64,000 nt of DNA from Actinomycetales bacterium (GTDB lineage: Bacteria; Actinomycetota; Actinomycetes; Actinomycetales; Cellulomonadaceae): contig JAHLLI010000026.1 in assembly GCA_020444245.1 (NCBI GenBank), positions 643-64,642 of the forward strand. The letters are read 5' to 3'. This document shows, one piece after another, positions 49,800-64,000 of the stretch. Below the pieces are notes generated by a model. That model was not told the origin of the DNA. It saw nothing but the letters and a program-made list of their open reading frames with translations, and did no database searches. Each line of letters begins with the position of its first letter. The stretch's first letter is position 1. Position numbers and translations under genes: made by a program.

Positions 49800-52402
49800 T
49801 GCCGCGCATCCCGCTGCCCTGGCTCGCCGAGCACGTCGCGCTGCGCCCCGGGACGGACGCCGAGGCCCTCGCGGCCGACCTGGTCAAGGTCGGCCTCGAG
49901 GAGGAGGCGATCCACCCCGCGGCGGTCAGCGGCCCGCTCGTCGTCGGACGCGTGCTCACCGAGGTGGGCGAGCCGCAGAAGAACGGCAAGACCATCCACT
50001 GGTGCACCGTCGACGTCGGTCCCGAGCACAACGCGACCAACCCGGCGGACCCGGACGGGCCGGCGTGCCGCGGCATCGTCTGCGGCGCGCACAACTTCGG
50101 CGCCGGCGACCTCGTGGTGGTCTCGCTGCCCGGCGTGGTGCTGCCCGGCGGGTTCGAGATCGCCGCGCGCAAGACGTACGGCCACATCTCCGACGGGATG
50201 ATCTGCTCGGTCCGCGAGCTCGGCATCGGCGAGGACCACGAGGGGATCCTGGTGCTCGACGACGACGCGATCGCGCGCTACGGCCTCGACCCCGACGCGC
50301 TCGTGCCGGGCGCTGACGCCAAGGCCATGCTCGGTCTGGCCGACGAGGTGCTCGAGATCAACGTCACCCCGGACCGCGGGTACTGCTTCTCGATGCGTGG
50401 GGTGGCCCGCGAGTACTCGCACTCCACGGGAGCGGCGTTCACCGACCCCGGCGTGCCCACGGCCGCCGACCTGGAGCCCGCGGCGGGTGAGTTCGCGGTC
50501 GAGCTGGACGACGATGCGCCGATCCACGGCGTGCCCGGCTGCGACCGCTTCGTGGCGCAGGTGGTGCGCGGGGTCGACCCGTCGCGGCCGTCGCCGGGGT
50601 GGATGCAGCGCCGGCTGACCCAGGCCGGCATGCGCCCGATCTCGCTCGCGGTCGACGTGACGAACTACGTGATGCTCGACCTCGGGCAGCCGCTGCACGC
50701 CTACGACCTGGCGACCCTGCACGCCCCGATCGTCGTGCGCCGCGCCCGGCCGGGTGAGCGGCTCACCACGCTGGACGACGTCGACCGGGCCCTGGACGCC
50801 GAGGACCTGCTCATCACCGACTCCGAGGGAGACCGCGGCGCGCGGATCATCGGCATGGCAGGCGTCATGGGTGGCGCGGCGACCGAGATCTCGGCGAGCA
50901 CCACCGACCTGCTCGTCGAGGGCGCGCACTTCGACCCGATCTCGGTCGCCAGGACCGCGCGGCGCCACAAGCTGCCCAGCGAGGCCGCCAAGCGGTTCGA
51001 GCGCGGAGTGGACCCGCTGCTCCAGCGGGTGGCCGTGCGCCGGTGCGCCGAGCTCATCACGACCTACGGCGGCGGTGAGATCTCCGAGGTGCTCACCGAC
51101 GCGGGCGGCGGGTTCGCCCCGGTGACCGTCACGTTGCCGCTCGACCTGCCCGAGCGGGTGGTCGGCGTGGCCTACACCCGCGACGAGGTGCTCGGCACGC
51201 TGCGCGAGCTGGGCTGCGAGCTCGGCCCGGTGCGCGAGCAGGGCGGCACGCAGGTGGTCGACGCGACGGTGCCGTCCTGGCGCCCCGACCTGCTGGTGCC
51301 GGTGGACCTGGTCGAGGAGGTCGCGCGGCTGCGCGGCTACGACCGGATCGACTCCGTGCTGCCCTCGGCACCGGCGGGCCGTGGTCTGACCTTCGGTCAG
51401 CGGATGCGTCGCCGCGCCGCCGACGCGCTGGCCGACGCGGGCTGGGTCGAGACGCTGTCGTACCCGTTCGTCGGGGACGCCGAGCTCGACGCCCTCGGGC
51501 TGCCGGCCGACGACCCGCGGCGTGACGCGGTCCGGCTGGTCAACCCGCTGGCCGAGACCCAGCCGCTGATGCGCACCTCGCTGCTCCTCACCCTGCTGGC
51601 CACGGCCCGGCGCAACGTCTCGCGCGGCGTCGGCGACCTGGCGGTCTTCGAGGTCGGCCTGGTGACGGTGGCCGACGCCAAGGCCGCACCCGCCCCGACC
51701 GGTGGCGTGTACCCCGGCGACGACGTCCTCGCCCGGATCGAGGCCGCCGTGCCCAGCCAGCCTCGGCACGTCGCCGGCGTCCTCGCGGGCCGCCGGGAGC
51801 CGGCCGGATGGTGGGGCCCCGGGCGGGCGGCGGACCACACGGACGCCATCGAGGCCGTGCGGCTGGTCGCTCGTGCCGTCGGTGCCGAGGTCACGGTGCG
51901 GGCGGCGGAGCTCATGCCGTGGCACCCGGGCCGGTGCGCGGCAGTGCTCCTGGGCGACACCGTCGTCGGGCACGCGGGCGAGCTGCACCCGTCGGTGGTG
52001 GCAGGCCTGGACCTGCCGGCGCGCGCCGTGGCATTCGAGGTCGACCTCGACGCGTTGGTCGCGGCCGTGCCTGACGCGCCGCGCCAGGCCGTCCCGGTGT
52101 CGACGTTCCCGCTCGCCAAGGAGGACCTCGCGCTCGTCGTCGACGAGGCGGTGACGGCCGCGGAGCTCGGGGCTGCGGTGCGAGCCGGTGCGACCGGCTC
52201 GACCGCCGGGCACGTGCTTGAGGAGCTGCGGCTGTTCGACGTCTACCGCGGTGCCCAGGTGGGCGAGGGGAAGAAGTCCCTCGCGTTCGCCCTGCGCCTG
52301 CGTGCGGCCGACCGCACGCTCACCGCCGAGGAGATCGAGGCGGTCCGTGAGTCCGCGATCGCCGAGGCAGCCGGGCGCTGCGGAGCGGTCCTGCGCTCCT
52401 GA
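49799..52402 (+). CDS. pheT: Phenylalanine--tRNA ligase beta subunit
   Basis: CGAHNF, TPDRGYCFSMRG, VDVTNYVM, RFERGVD, DLVEEVARL, FDVYRG..KKSLAF. Confidence 0.97.
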
Positions 52403-52417
52403 CCCCTACCGCGTGAT

Positions 52418-52456
52418 CACGGGGGGCGTACCCGGCGAGCGGGCACGCCCCCCGTG
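52418..52456. terminator. Bidirectional hairpin between convergent pheT and the trpB2-like gene
   Basis: Perfect 12-bp stem CACGGGGGGCGT/ACGCCCCCCGTG plus inner CCCG/CGGG. Confidence 0.8.
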
Positions 52457-52477
52457 TCGCGTCGGGACGTGCGTGGG

Positions 52478-53779
52478 TCAGACGTAGTCGTGGTAGGCGG
52501 GCAGGTCGAGGACCCCGTTGCCGGACAGGCCGATGACGATCGTCTCGTCGGTCGTGGCCTCGCGGGCGCGGGCGATGGCCCCGGCGACCGCGTGCGTGGA
52601 CTCGGGGGCGGGGATGATCGCCTCGGACCGCGCGAAGATCAGGCCTGCCGCGAAGGCGGTGTCCTGGTCGATCGCGACCGCGTCCAGCAGCCCCAGCTCC
52701 TTGGCGTGCGAGACCATCGGCGCCATGCCGTGGTAGCGCAGCCCGCCCGCGTGGATGGGCGGCGGCACGAAGTCCTTGCCGAGGGTGTGCATCTTGAGCA
52801 GCGGCGTGAGGCCCGCCACGTCCCCGAAGTCGTAGCGGTACTCACCCTGCGTGAGCGAGGGGCACGAGGCTGGCTCGCACGCGACGACCTTGGTCGTCGT
52901 GCCGTCGCGCAGGTTCCGGCCCAGGAACGGGAAGCTGAGGCCACCGAGGTTGGACCCGCCGCCGGCGCACCCGAAGACCCAGTCGGCCTGCTCGCCGATC
53001 TCGTCGAGCTGGGCGAGGGCCTCCTGGCCGATCACCGTCTGGTGCAGCAGCACGTGGTTGAGCACGGAGCCGAGCGAGTAGTGCGCGCGGGGGTCGGTCG
53101 CGGCCATCTCGACCGCCTCGCTGATCGCCATGCCCAGGGACCCGGTGGTGTCGGGGTCCTTGGCGAGCATCGCGCGACCGGCCTCGGTGAGCTCGGACGG
53201 GGACGGGTGGCAGGTGCCCCCGTAGACCTCCATCTGCATGCGCCGGTACGGCTTGGAGTCGTACGAGGCGCGGACCTGCCACACCTCGCACTCCAGGCCG
53301 AACAGCGCGCACGCCATCGACAGCGAGGCGCCCCACTGCCCGGCGCCGGTCTCCGTCGTGAGCTTGGCGATGCCCTCGGCGGCGTTGTAGTAGGCCTGCG
53401 CCACGGCGGTGTTGGGCTTGTGCGAGCCGGCCGGGCTCACGCCCTCGTACTTGTAGAAGATCTTCGCCGGGGTGCCGAGCGCCTTCTCCAGTCGCCGGGC
53501 CCGGATCAGCGGGGACGGCCGCCACAGGGCGTAGACCTCGCGCACGGCCTCGGGGATCTGGACGTACCGCTCGGTGGAGACCTCCTGCATGATCAGCGCC
53601 ATCGGGAACAGCGGCGCGAGGTCGTCGGGGCCCAGCGGCTCCTGGGTGCCCGGGTGCAGCGCGGGCGGGACCGGCTCGGGCAGGTCGGCCGCGAGGTTGT
53701 ACCAGTGGGTGGGAACGGTCGAGGGGACGGCGCTCCCCAGCGGAGCGGGGGCGGTGGCGGTGGCGGGGGAGTCGGTCAT
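52478..53779 (-). CDS. TrpB2-type (TrpB-like) PLP-dependent enzyme
   Basis: [58 protein letters not shown]. Confidence 0.92.
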   Translation of the reverse strand: MTDSPATATAPAPLGSAVPSTVPTHWYNLAADLPEPVPPALHPGTQEPLGPDDLAPLFPMALIMQEVSTERYVQIPEAVREVYALWRPSPLIRARRLEKALGTPAKIFYKYEGVSPAGSHKPNTAVAQAYYNAAEGIAKLTTETGAGQWGASLSMACALFGLECEVWQVRASYDSKPYRRMQMEVYGGTCHPSPSELTEAGRAMLAKDPDTTGSLGMAISEAVEMAATDPRAHYSLGSVLNHVLLHQTVIGQEALAQLDEIGEQADWVFGCAGGGSNLGGLSFPFLGRNLRDGTTTKVVACEPASCPSLTQGEYRYDFGDVAGLTPLLKMHTLGKDFVPPPIHAGGLRYHGMAPMVSHAKELGLLDAVAIDQDTAFAAGLIFARSEAIIPAPESTHAVAGAIARAREATTDETIVIGLSGNGVLDLPAYHDYV

Positions 53780-53905
53780 CGGGCCCTCCGGCTCGGCGCG
53801 CCGCGGCGCGCGTGGGTGTGGTCACCGACCGACCACCGACCGGCGTCGACGGACGGCCTGCGGTCCGCACCCTAGCGTCGTGCGCCCGACCTGAGCAGGG
53901 ACCGC

Positions 53906-54889
53906 CTACGGGATGAGAAGGACCTTGCCCGTCGTCGCTCTGGCCTCGAGCGCGCGATGGGCGTCCGCGGCCCGCTCGAGCTCGAACCGGGCGCCGATCC
54001 GCACGTCGAGGTCGCCGTCCGCCAGGAGCCCGAGGACCGCGTCCGTGCGCCCCAGCAGCTCGTCGCGGGTCACCACGTGGTGCCGCAGCGACGGCCGGGT
54101 CAGGAAGAGCGATCCGCCGCGCTCGAGTCGCATCGGGTCGAACGGCGGCACGGCTCCCGACGCGCCCCCGAACAGCACGAGAGTGCCACGCACCCGCAGG
54201 CTGGCCAGCGAGGCGTCGAACGTGGTCGCCCCCACCCCGTCGAACACCGTGTCGACGCCGTCGGGCACGTGGTCGCGAACCCAGGCCGGCAGCTGGGTCG
54301 CGGGGTCGTCGAGCAGGTCGTAGCGCAGCACGTCGGTGGCGCCCGCGCCGCGCGACAGGTCCGCCTTCTCGGTGGTGGACACCGTGGTCAGCACGCGCGC
54401 TCCGCGGGCCACCGCGAGCTGGGTGAGCAGCAGGCCCACGCCGCCCGCCCCGGCGTGCACCAGCACGGTCTGGCCCGGTCGGACCGGTGCGGTGTCGACG
54501 GCGAGGTAGTGCGCGGTGACGCCTTGGAGCATGACGGCTGCGGCGTCCTCGAGACCGACCCCGGCCGGCACCGGGACGGCGCGCGCGGCGTCCACCACGG
54601 CCAGGTCGGTGTACGAGCCGTCGGTGCCGTCCAGCCAGGCCACCCGGTCCCCGACCGCGACGGCGGTGACCCCGGCGCCGAGCGTGGTCACGGTGCCGGC
54701 GCCCTCGGATCCCACCACGTGCGGGAAGGGCACCAGGTAGCGGCCCGACCGCCGGTAGGTGTCGACGAAGTTGACGCCGGCCGCGGCCACCCGGACCACG
54801 ATCTGCCCGGGCCCGGGCGAGGGGTCGGGCAGGTCGTCGACGGACAGGACCTCAGGACCGCCGGGGGCGGTGGCTCGAACTGCGCGCAT
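53906..54889 (-). CDS. NADPH:quinone oxidoreductase (zeta-crystallin/MDR family)
   Basis: [38 protein letters not shown]. Confidence 0.9.
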   Translation of the reverse strand: MRAVRATAPGGPEVLSVDDLPDPSPGPGQIVVRVAAAGVNFVDTYRRSGRYLVPFPHVVGSEGAGTVTTLGAGVTAVAVGDRVAWLDGTDGSYTDLAVVDAARAVPVPAGVGLEDAAAVMLQGVTAHYLAVDTAPVRPGQTVLVHAGAGGVGLLLTQLAVARGARVLTTVSTTEKADLSRGAGATDVLRYDLLDDPATQLPAWVRDHVPDGVDTVFDGVGATTFDASLASLRVRGTLVLFGGASGAVPPFDPMRLERGGSLFLTRPSLRHHVVTRDELLGRTDAVLGLLADGDLDVRIGARFELERAADAHRALEARATTGKVLLIP

Positions 54890-54958
54890 GGGTCCAGTCA
54901 ACGCCGCTCCGGCCTTCCACGCGCCCCGACCCGCATGGTGGGGCGCGCCGGCACCTTG

Positions 54959-54992
54959 TCCCGAAGTATGCAATCGACTGTATAGTCATGCA
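54959..54992 (+). promoter_or_regulatory. ARG box(es) overlapping the argC -10
   Basis: TGTATAGTCATGCA (54979-54992) resembles TGCATA-N3-ATGCA; a second ATGCA lies 20 nt upstream; TATAGT -10 at 54981 is 7 nt before GTG 54994. Confidence 0.75.
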
Positions 54993-54993
54993 C

Positions 54994-56040
54994 GTGACGA
55001 TCACAGTGGCGGTCTCCGGCGCCAGCGGATACGCCGGCGGCGAGGTGCTGCGGCTGCTCGCCGCCCACCCCGAGGTCGAGATCGGCGCCGTCACGGCGCA
55101 CTCCAACGCCGGTGACACCCTCGGCGCCCACCAGCCCCACCTGCGCGGCCTGGCCGACCGGGTGCTCGAGCCCACGCGCACCGACGTGCTCGCCGGCCAC
55201 GACGTCGTGGTCCTCGCGCTGCCGCACGGTGCGTCCGGCGCGGTGGCCGCCGAGCTCGGCCCCGACGTGCTGGTGCTCGACTGCGGCGCCGACCACCGCC
55301 TGGCCGACGCCGACGCGTGGCGCGCCTACTACGGCTCCGACCACGCCGGGACCTGGCCGTACGGCATGCCGGAGCTGCTGCACGCCGACGGCACCCGGCA
55401 GCGCGACGTGCTCGCCGGCGTCGCCCGGGTCGCGGTCCCGGGCTGCAACGTCACCGCCGTCACCTTCGCGATCCAGCCCGGCGTCGCCGCCGGCCTGGTG
55501 GACGCCGGAGCGCTCACCGCGACCCTCGCCGTCGGGTACTCGGGCGCGGGCCGGGCGCTCAGGACGCACCTGCTGGCCGCCGAGGGCCTCGGCTCCGCCG
55601 CGCCCTACGCGGTCGGCGGCACGCACCGCCACATCCCCGAGATCGAGCAGAACCTGCGGGTCGCGGGCGCCGAGCACGTCCGGGTGACCTTCACCCCGGT
55701 GCTCGTCCCCATGTCGCGCGGCATCCTGGCGACCGTGACCGCGCCGTTGCTCCCGGGCGCGGACGCCGCGGCCGTGCGCGAGGCGTGGTCGCAGGCCTAC
55801 GCCGACGAGCCGTTCGTCCAGCTGCTCCCCGAGGGGCAGTGGCCGACCACCGCTGCGACCGTCGGCGCCAACACCGCGCTGGTCCAGGTCACGGTCGATG
55901 AGCGGGCCGGCGCCGTCGTGGCGATCTGCGCGCTGGACAACCTGGTCAAGGGGACCGCAGGCGCCGCCGTCCAGTCCATGAACCTCGCCCTCGGCCTGCC
56001 CGAGGCGACCGGTCTGACCACCGAGGGGGTCGCTCCGTGA
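54994..56040 (+). CDS. argC: N-acetyl-gamma-glutamyl-phosphate reductase
   Basis: [37 protein letters not shown]; alternative ATG 54988. Confidence 0.96.
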   Translation: MTITVAVSGASGYAGGEVLRLLAAHPEVEIGAVTAHSNAGDTLGAHQPHLRGLADRVLEPTRTDVLAGHDVVVLALPHGASGAVAAELGPDVLVLDCGADHRLADADAWRAYYGSDHAGTWPYGMPELLHADGTRQRDVLAGVARVAVPGCNVTAVTFAIQPGVAAGLVDAGALTATLAVGYSGAGRALRTHLLAAEGLGSAAPYAVGGTHRHIPEIEQNLRVAGAEHVRVTFTPVLVPMSRGILATVTAPLLPGADAAAVREAWSQAYADEPFVQLLPEGQWPTTAATVGANTALVQVTVDERAGAVVAICALDNLVKGTAGAAVQSMNLALGLPEATGLTTEGVAP

Positions 56041-57200
56041 GCGTCACCGCACCGCAGGGCTTCCGGGCCGCCGGCGTCACCGCAGGGCTCAAGGCCTCCG
56101 GCCGCCCGGACCTGGCCCTGGTCGTCAACGACGGCCCCGACCACGTGGGCGCCGCCGTGTTCACCAGCAACCGCGTGGTGGGCCACCCGGTCACCTGGTC
56201 GCGCCAGGTGCTCGCCGACCACGTGGTGCACGCGGTGGTGCTCAACTCCGGCGGGGCGAACGTGTGCACCGGCCCGCCCGGGTTCGCCGACACCCACCTC
56301 ACCGCCGAGCGGGTCGCCGCCGCGCTTGACGTGTCCGCGGGCGACGTCGTGGTGTGCTCGACCGGCCTGATCGGGGAGCGGCTGCCGATCGACGCGTTGC
56401 TCGCTGGTGTCGACGTCGCGGCGGCCGCGCTCGCCACGGACGGCGGCCGGGACGCCGCCACCGCGATCATGACCACGGACACGGTGACCAAGGAGGCGGT
56501 CGCCGAGCGCGAGGGCTGGAGCCTCGGCGGCATGGCCAAGGGCGCCGGGATGCTCGCGCCCGCGCTGGCGACGATGCTCGTGGTGCTCACCACGGACGCG
56601 GTCGTCGACCCCGCCGATGCGGACGCCGCACTGCGCGCCGCGACTCGCGTCACGTTCGACCGGATCGACTCGGACGGCTGCATGTCGACCTCGGACACCG
56701 TGCTGCTGATGTCCTCGGGGGCCTCGGGTGTGCCCGCGGACCGCGACGCCCTCACCGACGCGCTCGCCCAGGTCTGCGCATCCCTGGCCCGCCAGCTCGT
56801 CGCGGACGCGGAGGGCGCCACCCACGACATCGCGGTCCGCGTGGTCGGGGCACAGACCGAGGACGCCGCGGTCGCGGTGGCCCGAGCGGTGACCCGTTCG
56901 AACCTGCTCAAGGCCGCGATCTTCGGCAACGACCCGAACTGGGGCCGGGTGCTCGCCCAGGTCGGCACCGTGCCGGTCGAGGTCGCCGCGTTCGACGCGG
57001 ACGCCGTGGACGTGACGATCAACGGTGTGATGGTCTGCCGGGCGGGCGGTGTGGGCGAGCCCCGCGAGCTGGTCGACCTCGCCTCGGCCCGCGAGGTGCT
57101 CATCGACGTCGACCTGCACGCCGGCGACGCCGAGGCGACCGTGTGGACCAACGACCTCACCCACGCCTACGTGCACGAGAACAGCGCGTACTCGACATGA
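56037..57200 (+). CDS. argJ: Ornithine acetyltransferase
   Basis: [54 protein letters not shown]. Confidence 0.96.
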   Translation: MSVTAPQGFRAAGVTAGLKASGRPDLALVVNDGPDHVGAAVFTSNRVVGHPVTWSRQVLADHVVHAVVLNSGGANVCTGPPGFADTHLTAERVAAALDVSAGDVVVCSTGLIGERLPIDALLAGVDVAAAALATDGGRDAATAIMTTDTVTKEAVAEREGWSLGGMAKGAGMLAPALATMLVVLTTDAVVDPADADAALRAATRVTFDRIDSDGCMSTSDTVLLMSSGASGVPADRDALTDALAQVCASLARQLVADAEGATHDIAVRVVGAQTEDAAVAVARAVTRSNLLKAAIFGNDPNWGRVLAQVGTVPVEVAAFDADAVDVTINGVMVCRAGGVGEPRELVDLASAREVLIDVDLHAGDAEATVWTNDLTHAYVHENSAYST

Positions 57201-58189
57201 CGGAAGGGCCCATGACTGACGCGTCACCGGTGCCGGACGACTTCGTCTTCAACACCCGCACCGACCTGCGCCCCGACCAGAAGGCCGAGGTGCTCATCGA
57301 GGCGCTGCCCTGGCTGCAGGAGTTCTCCGGGGCCCTCCTGGTGGTCAAGTACGGCGGCAACGCGATGGTCGACGACGACCTCAAGCGCGCCTTCGCCCAG
57401 GACATGGTGTTCCTGCGCCAGGTCGGCCTGCGCCCGGTGGTCGTGCACGGCGGCGGCCCGCAGATCTCGTCGATGCTCGACCGGCTCGGGATCGAGTCGG
57501 AGTTCCGCGGCGGTCTGCGGGTCACGACGCCGGAGTCCATGGACGTGGTGCGGATGGTCCTGACCGGCCAGGTCTCTCGCGAGCTCGTCGGCCTGCTCAA
57601 CGCGCACGGCCCGTACGCGGTGGGGCTGTCCGGCGAGGACGGCGGCCTGCTCAAGGCCGAGCGCCGGATGGCTGTCGTCGACGGCGAGGAGGTCGACGTG
57701 GGCCACGTCGGGGACGTCGTGGACGTCGACCCCAGGGCGGTCAAGGACCTCCTGGATGCCGGCCGGATCCCGGTGGTCTCCACCGTCGCCCCGGACATCG
57801 ACGACCCCACCCGGGTGCTCAACGTCAACGCGGACACCGCCGCCGCGGCGCTCGCCGTCGCACTGCGGGCCCGCAAGCTCATCATGCTCACCGACGTCGA
57901 GGGGCTCTACGCCAGCTGGCCCGACCGGGACTCGCTGCTGCAGCAGATCCGGGTGTCGGCGCTCGAGCGCATGCTGCCCACGCTGGAGTCCGGGATGGTG
58001 CCCAAGATGGAGGCCTGCCTGCGCGCGGTCCGGGGCGGTGTCCCGGCCGCGCACGTCGTCGACGGCCGCCAGGCCCACTCGGTCCTGGTGGAGGTCTTCA
58101 CCTCCCAGGGCGTGGGCACCATGGTGCTGCCGGACGACCTCACCGGGTCGCTGCCGGTGATCCGGCGGCAGCCGGGAGTGCCGGCATGA
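57197..58189 (+). CDS. argB: Acetylglutamate kinase
   Basis: [33 protein letters not shown]; start 57197 or 57212. Confidence 0.96.
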   Translation: MTEGPMTDASPVPDDFVFNTRTDLRPDQKAEVLIEALPWLQEFSGALLVVKYGGNAMVDDDLKRAFAQDMVFLRQVGLRPVVVHGGGPQISSMLDRLGIESEFRGGLRVTTPESMDVVRMVLTGQVSRELVGLLNAHGPYAVGLSGEDGGLLKAERRMAVVDGEEVDVGHVGDVVDVDPRAVKDLLDAGRIPVVSTVAPDIDDPTRVLNVNADTAAAALAVALRARKLIMLTDVEGLYASWPDRDSLLQQIRVSALERMLPTLESGMVPKMEACLRAVRGGVPAAHVVDGRQAHSVLVEVFTSQGVGTMVLPDDLTGSLPVIRRQPGVPA

Positions 58190-59430
58190 GCGGCCACGGA
58201 GGAGCGGAGCTGGCCTCGGTCACCGCGGGGCCGCCGGCCAGCTCCGAGCAGTGGACGGCGCGCTACTCCGATGCCCTGATGAACACCTTCGGCACGCCCC
58301 GCCGGGTGCTGGTGCGTGGCGAGGGCCCGTACGTGTGGGACGCCGACGGCCGGCGCTACCTCGACCTGCTCGGTGGCATCGCGGTCACGTCGCTCGGCCA
58401 CGCCCACCCCACGCTCACCGCGGCGATCTCCGCGCAGCTGGGCACGCTCGGGCACGTGTCGAACTTCTTCGCCACGCCCACCCAGGTCGCGCTGGCCGAG
58501 CGCCTGCTGGCTCTGTCCGAGGCGCCGCAGGGCTCGCGGGTGTTCTTCACCAACTCCGGGACCGAGGCCGTCGAGGGCATGGTCAAGATGACCCGGCGCA
58601 CCGGCCGGACCCGGATCCTGGCGCAGGAGGGCTCGTTCCACGGCCGGACCATGGGTGCGCTCGCGCTGACCCACAAGGCCGCCTACCGCGAGCCGTTCGA
58701 GCCGCTGCCCGGCGAGGTGGAGTTCGTGCCGTTCGGCGACGTCGCGGCGCTCGAGGCGGCGATGGCCGACGACGTCGCGGCGATCGTCCTGGAACCCATC
58801 CAGGGCGAGGCAGGCGTTCGCCCGCTACCGCCGGGCTTCCTGGCCAGGGCCCGCGAGCTGGCCGACGCCCACGGCGCGCTGCTGGTGTTCGACGAGGTCC
58901 AGACCGGGGTCGGCCGGACCGGCGCCTGGTTCGCGTTCCAGCACCCGCAGGTGGGCGGCGGCGTCCGGCCGGACGTCATGACGCTCGCCAAGGGGCTGGG
59001 TGCGGGCTTCCCGATCGGTGCCGTCGTCGGGTTCGGGGCGGCCGGTGCGCTGCTCGGACCCGGGCAGCACGGCAGCACCTTCGGCGGCAACCCCGTCGCA
59101 GCCGCCGCAGGGTTGGCCACGCTCGGGGTGATCGAGCGCGACGGTCTGCTCGCCCACGTCCGCGAGCTGGGCGCGCGACTGACCGACGCGCTGTCCGCCG
59201 TCCCGGTGGTGACCCAGGTGCGGGGTACGGGCCTGCTGCTCGGTGCCCGGCTCGTCGCGCCTGCCGCCGCCCGCGTCGCCGACCTCGCCCTCGAGGCCGG
59301 TTTCATCGTCAACCCTGTCACTCCCGACACCCTGCGTCTGGCCCCACCGCTGATCCTCACGTGGGACCAGGTGTCCGGGTTCGTCGATCTGCTCGCGGGC
59401 CTGACGCCCGCAGACCTCGAGGAGGCCTGA
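58186..59430 (+). CDS. argD: Acetylornithine aminotransferase
   Basis: [48 protein letters not shown]. Confidence 0.95.
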   Translation: MSGHGGAELASVTAGPPASSEQWTARYSDALMNTFGTPRRVLVRGEGPYVWDADGRRYLDLLGGIAVTSLGHAHPTLTAAISAQLGTLGHVSNFFATPTQVALAERLLALSEAPQGSRVFFTNSGTEAVEGMVKMTRRTGRTRILAQEGSFHGRTMGALALTHKAAYREPFEPLPGEVEFVPFGDVAALEAAMADDVAAIVLEPIQGEAGVRPLPPGFLARARELADAHGALLVFDEVQTGVGRTGAWFAFQHPQVGGGVRPDVMTLAKGLGAGFPIGAVVGFGAAGALLGPGQHGSTFGGNPVAAAAGLATLGVIERDGLLAHVRELGARLTDALSAVPVVTQVRGTGLLLGARLVAPAAARVADLALEAGFIVNPVTPDTLRLAPPLILTWDQVSGFVDLLAGLTPADLEEA

Positions 59431-60370
59431 TGGTGCGCCACCTGCTGCGCGACGACGACCTGAACCCTGCCGAGCAGCGCCAGGTGCTCGAGCTGGCCTG
59501 GCGGATGAAGGAGGACCGCTTCGGTGTGCACCCGCTCGCGGGCCCGCGCTCGGTCGCGGTGATCTTCGACAAACCGACGCTGCGCACCCAGCTCTCCTTC
59601 ACCCTCGGGGTCGTCGAGCTCGGCGGCTACCCCATGGTGGTCGACGGCAACCTCGCCCAGATCGGGGTGCGTGAGTCGATCGCCGACACCGCGCGGGTGA
59701 TCGGGCGCCAGGCTGCCGCCATCGTGTGGCGGACCTACGACCAGTCGCGGATCGAGGAGATGGCCCAGCGCTCGGGCGTGCCGGTGGTGAACGCGCTGAC
59801 GGACCAGTTCCACCCGTGCCAGGTGCTCGCCGACCTGCTCACCGTCGCCGAGCAGCACGACGGCGTCGAGGGGCTGCCGGGGCTGACGCTGGGCTACCTC
59901 GGCGACGGGGCCAACAACATGGCGCACTCCTACCTGCTCGGTGGTGCCACGGCCGGGATGCACGTGCGGATCGGCACCCCGGCCGGGCGGCAGCCGGACC
60001 CGGCGATCCTGGCCGACGCGCAGCGCATCGCCGCGGTCACCGGCGGCTCGGTGCTGGTCACCGACGACCCGGCGGCGGCCGTGGCCGGTGCGGACGTCGT
60101 GGCGACCGACACCTGGGTGTCGATGGGTGATCAGCGGGCAGCTGACGAGGCCGAGGCGCTGTTCGGCCCGTTCCGGCTGGACGCAGCCCGGCTGGCCGGT
60201 GCGGCACCGCACGCGGTGGTGCTGCACTGCCTGCCCGCCTACCGCGGCAAGGAGATCACCGACGAGGTGATCGAGGGACCTCAGTCGGTGGTGTTCGACG
60301 AGGCGGAGAACCGTCTGCACGCCCAGAAGGCGGTCCTCACCTGGCTGCTCGAACGCGCGGGGGAGGGGTG

Positions 60371-60371
<1 letters not shown>
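59430..60371 (+). CDS. argF: Ornithine carbamoyltransferase
   Basis: [52 protein letters not shown]. Confidence 0.96.

Positions 60372-64000
<3,629 letters not shown>

Noticed and set aside
53780-53905. Trp attenuator leader upstream of the trpB2-like gene
   Set aside because: No short ORF with tandem Trp codons found

Overview
High-GC actinobacterial chromosome segment; gene content resembles Micrococcales/Cellulomonadaceae (inference). The housekeeping backbone runs: dcw cluster (ftsI to divIVA), dksA-like/lspA/rluD-like, dnaE, a split his operon, infC-rpmI-rplT-TrmH, pheS-pheT and argCJBDFRGH. Two accessory blocks stand out. (1) Between hisD and hisC, a 34-aa peptide ending GAGMKWW precedes a membrane-sensor GGDEF-EAL protein and a DUF5317-like membrane protein with LspA-like aspartate motifs; this is a candidate peptide-signalling system controlling c-di-GMP. 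(2) Between TrmH and pheS (~13.9 kb) lie pspC, an iron-boxed feoA-feoB-nfu operon and a minimal type VII secretion-like locus. That locus has an EspG-like gene, two WXG100-type genes, a Gly/Ala beta-repeat substrate, a PsbP-like partner, a Ubl-FHA-EccC ATPase and a catalytically intact receptor Ser/Thr kinase. murE is fused to a degenerate MurF C-terminal domain and no intact murF is present in the cluster. No rRNA, tRNA, CRISPR, integrase or transposase was recognised. Family names come from motif recognition only; no database search was run.
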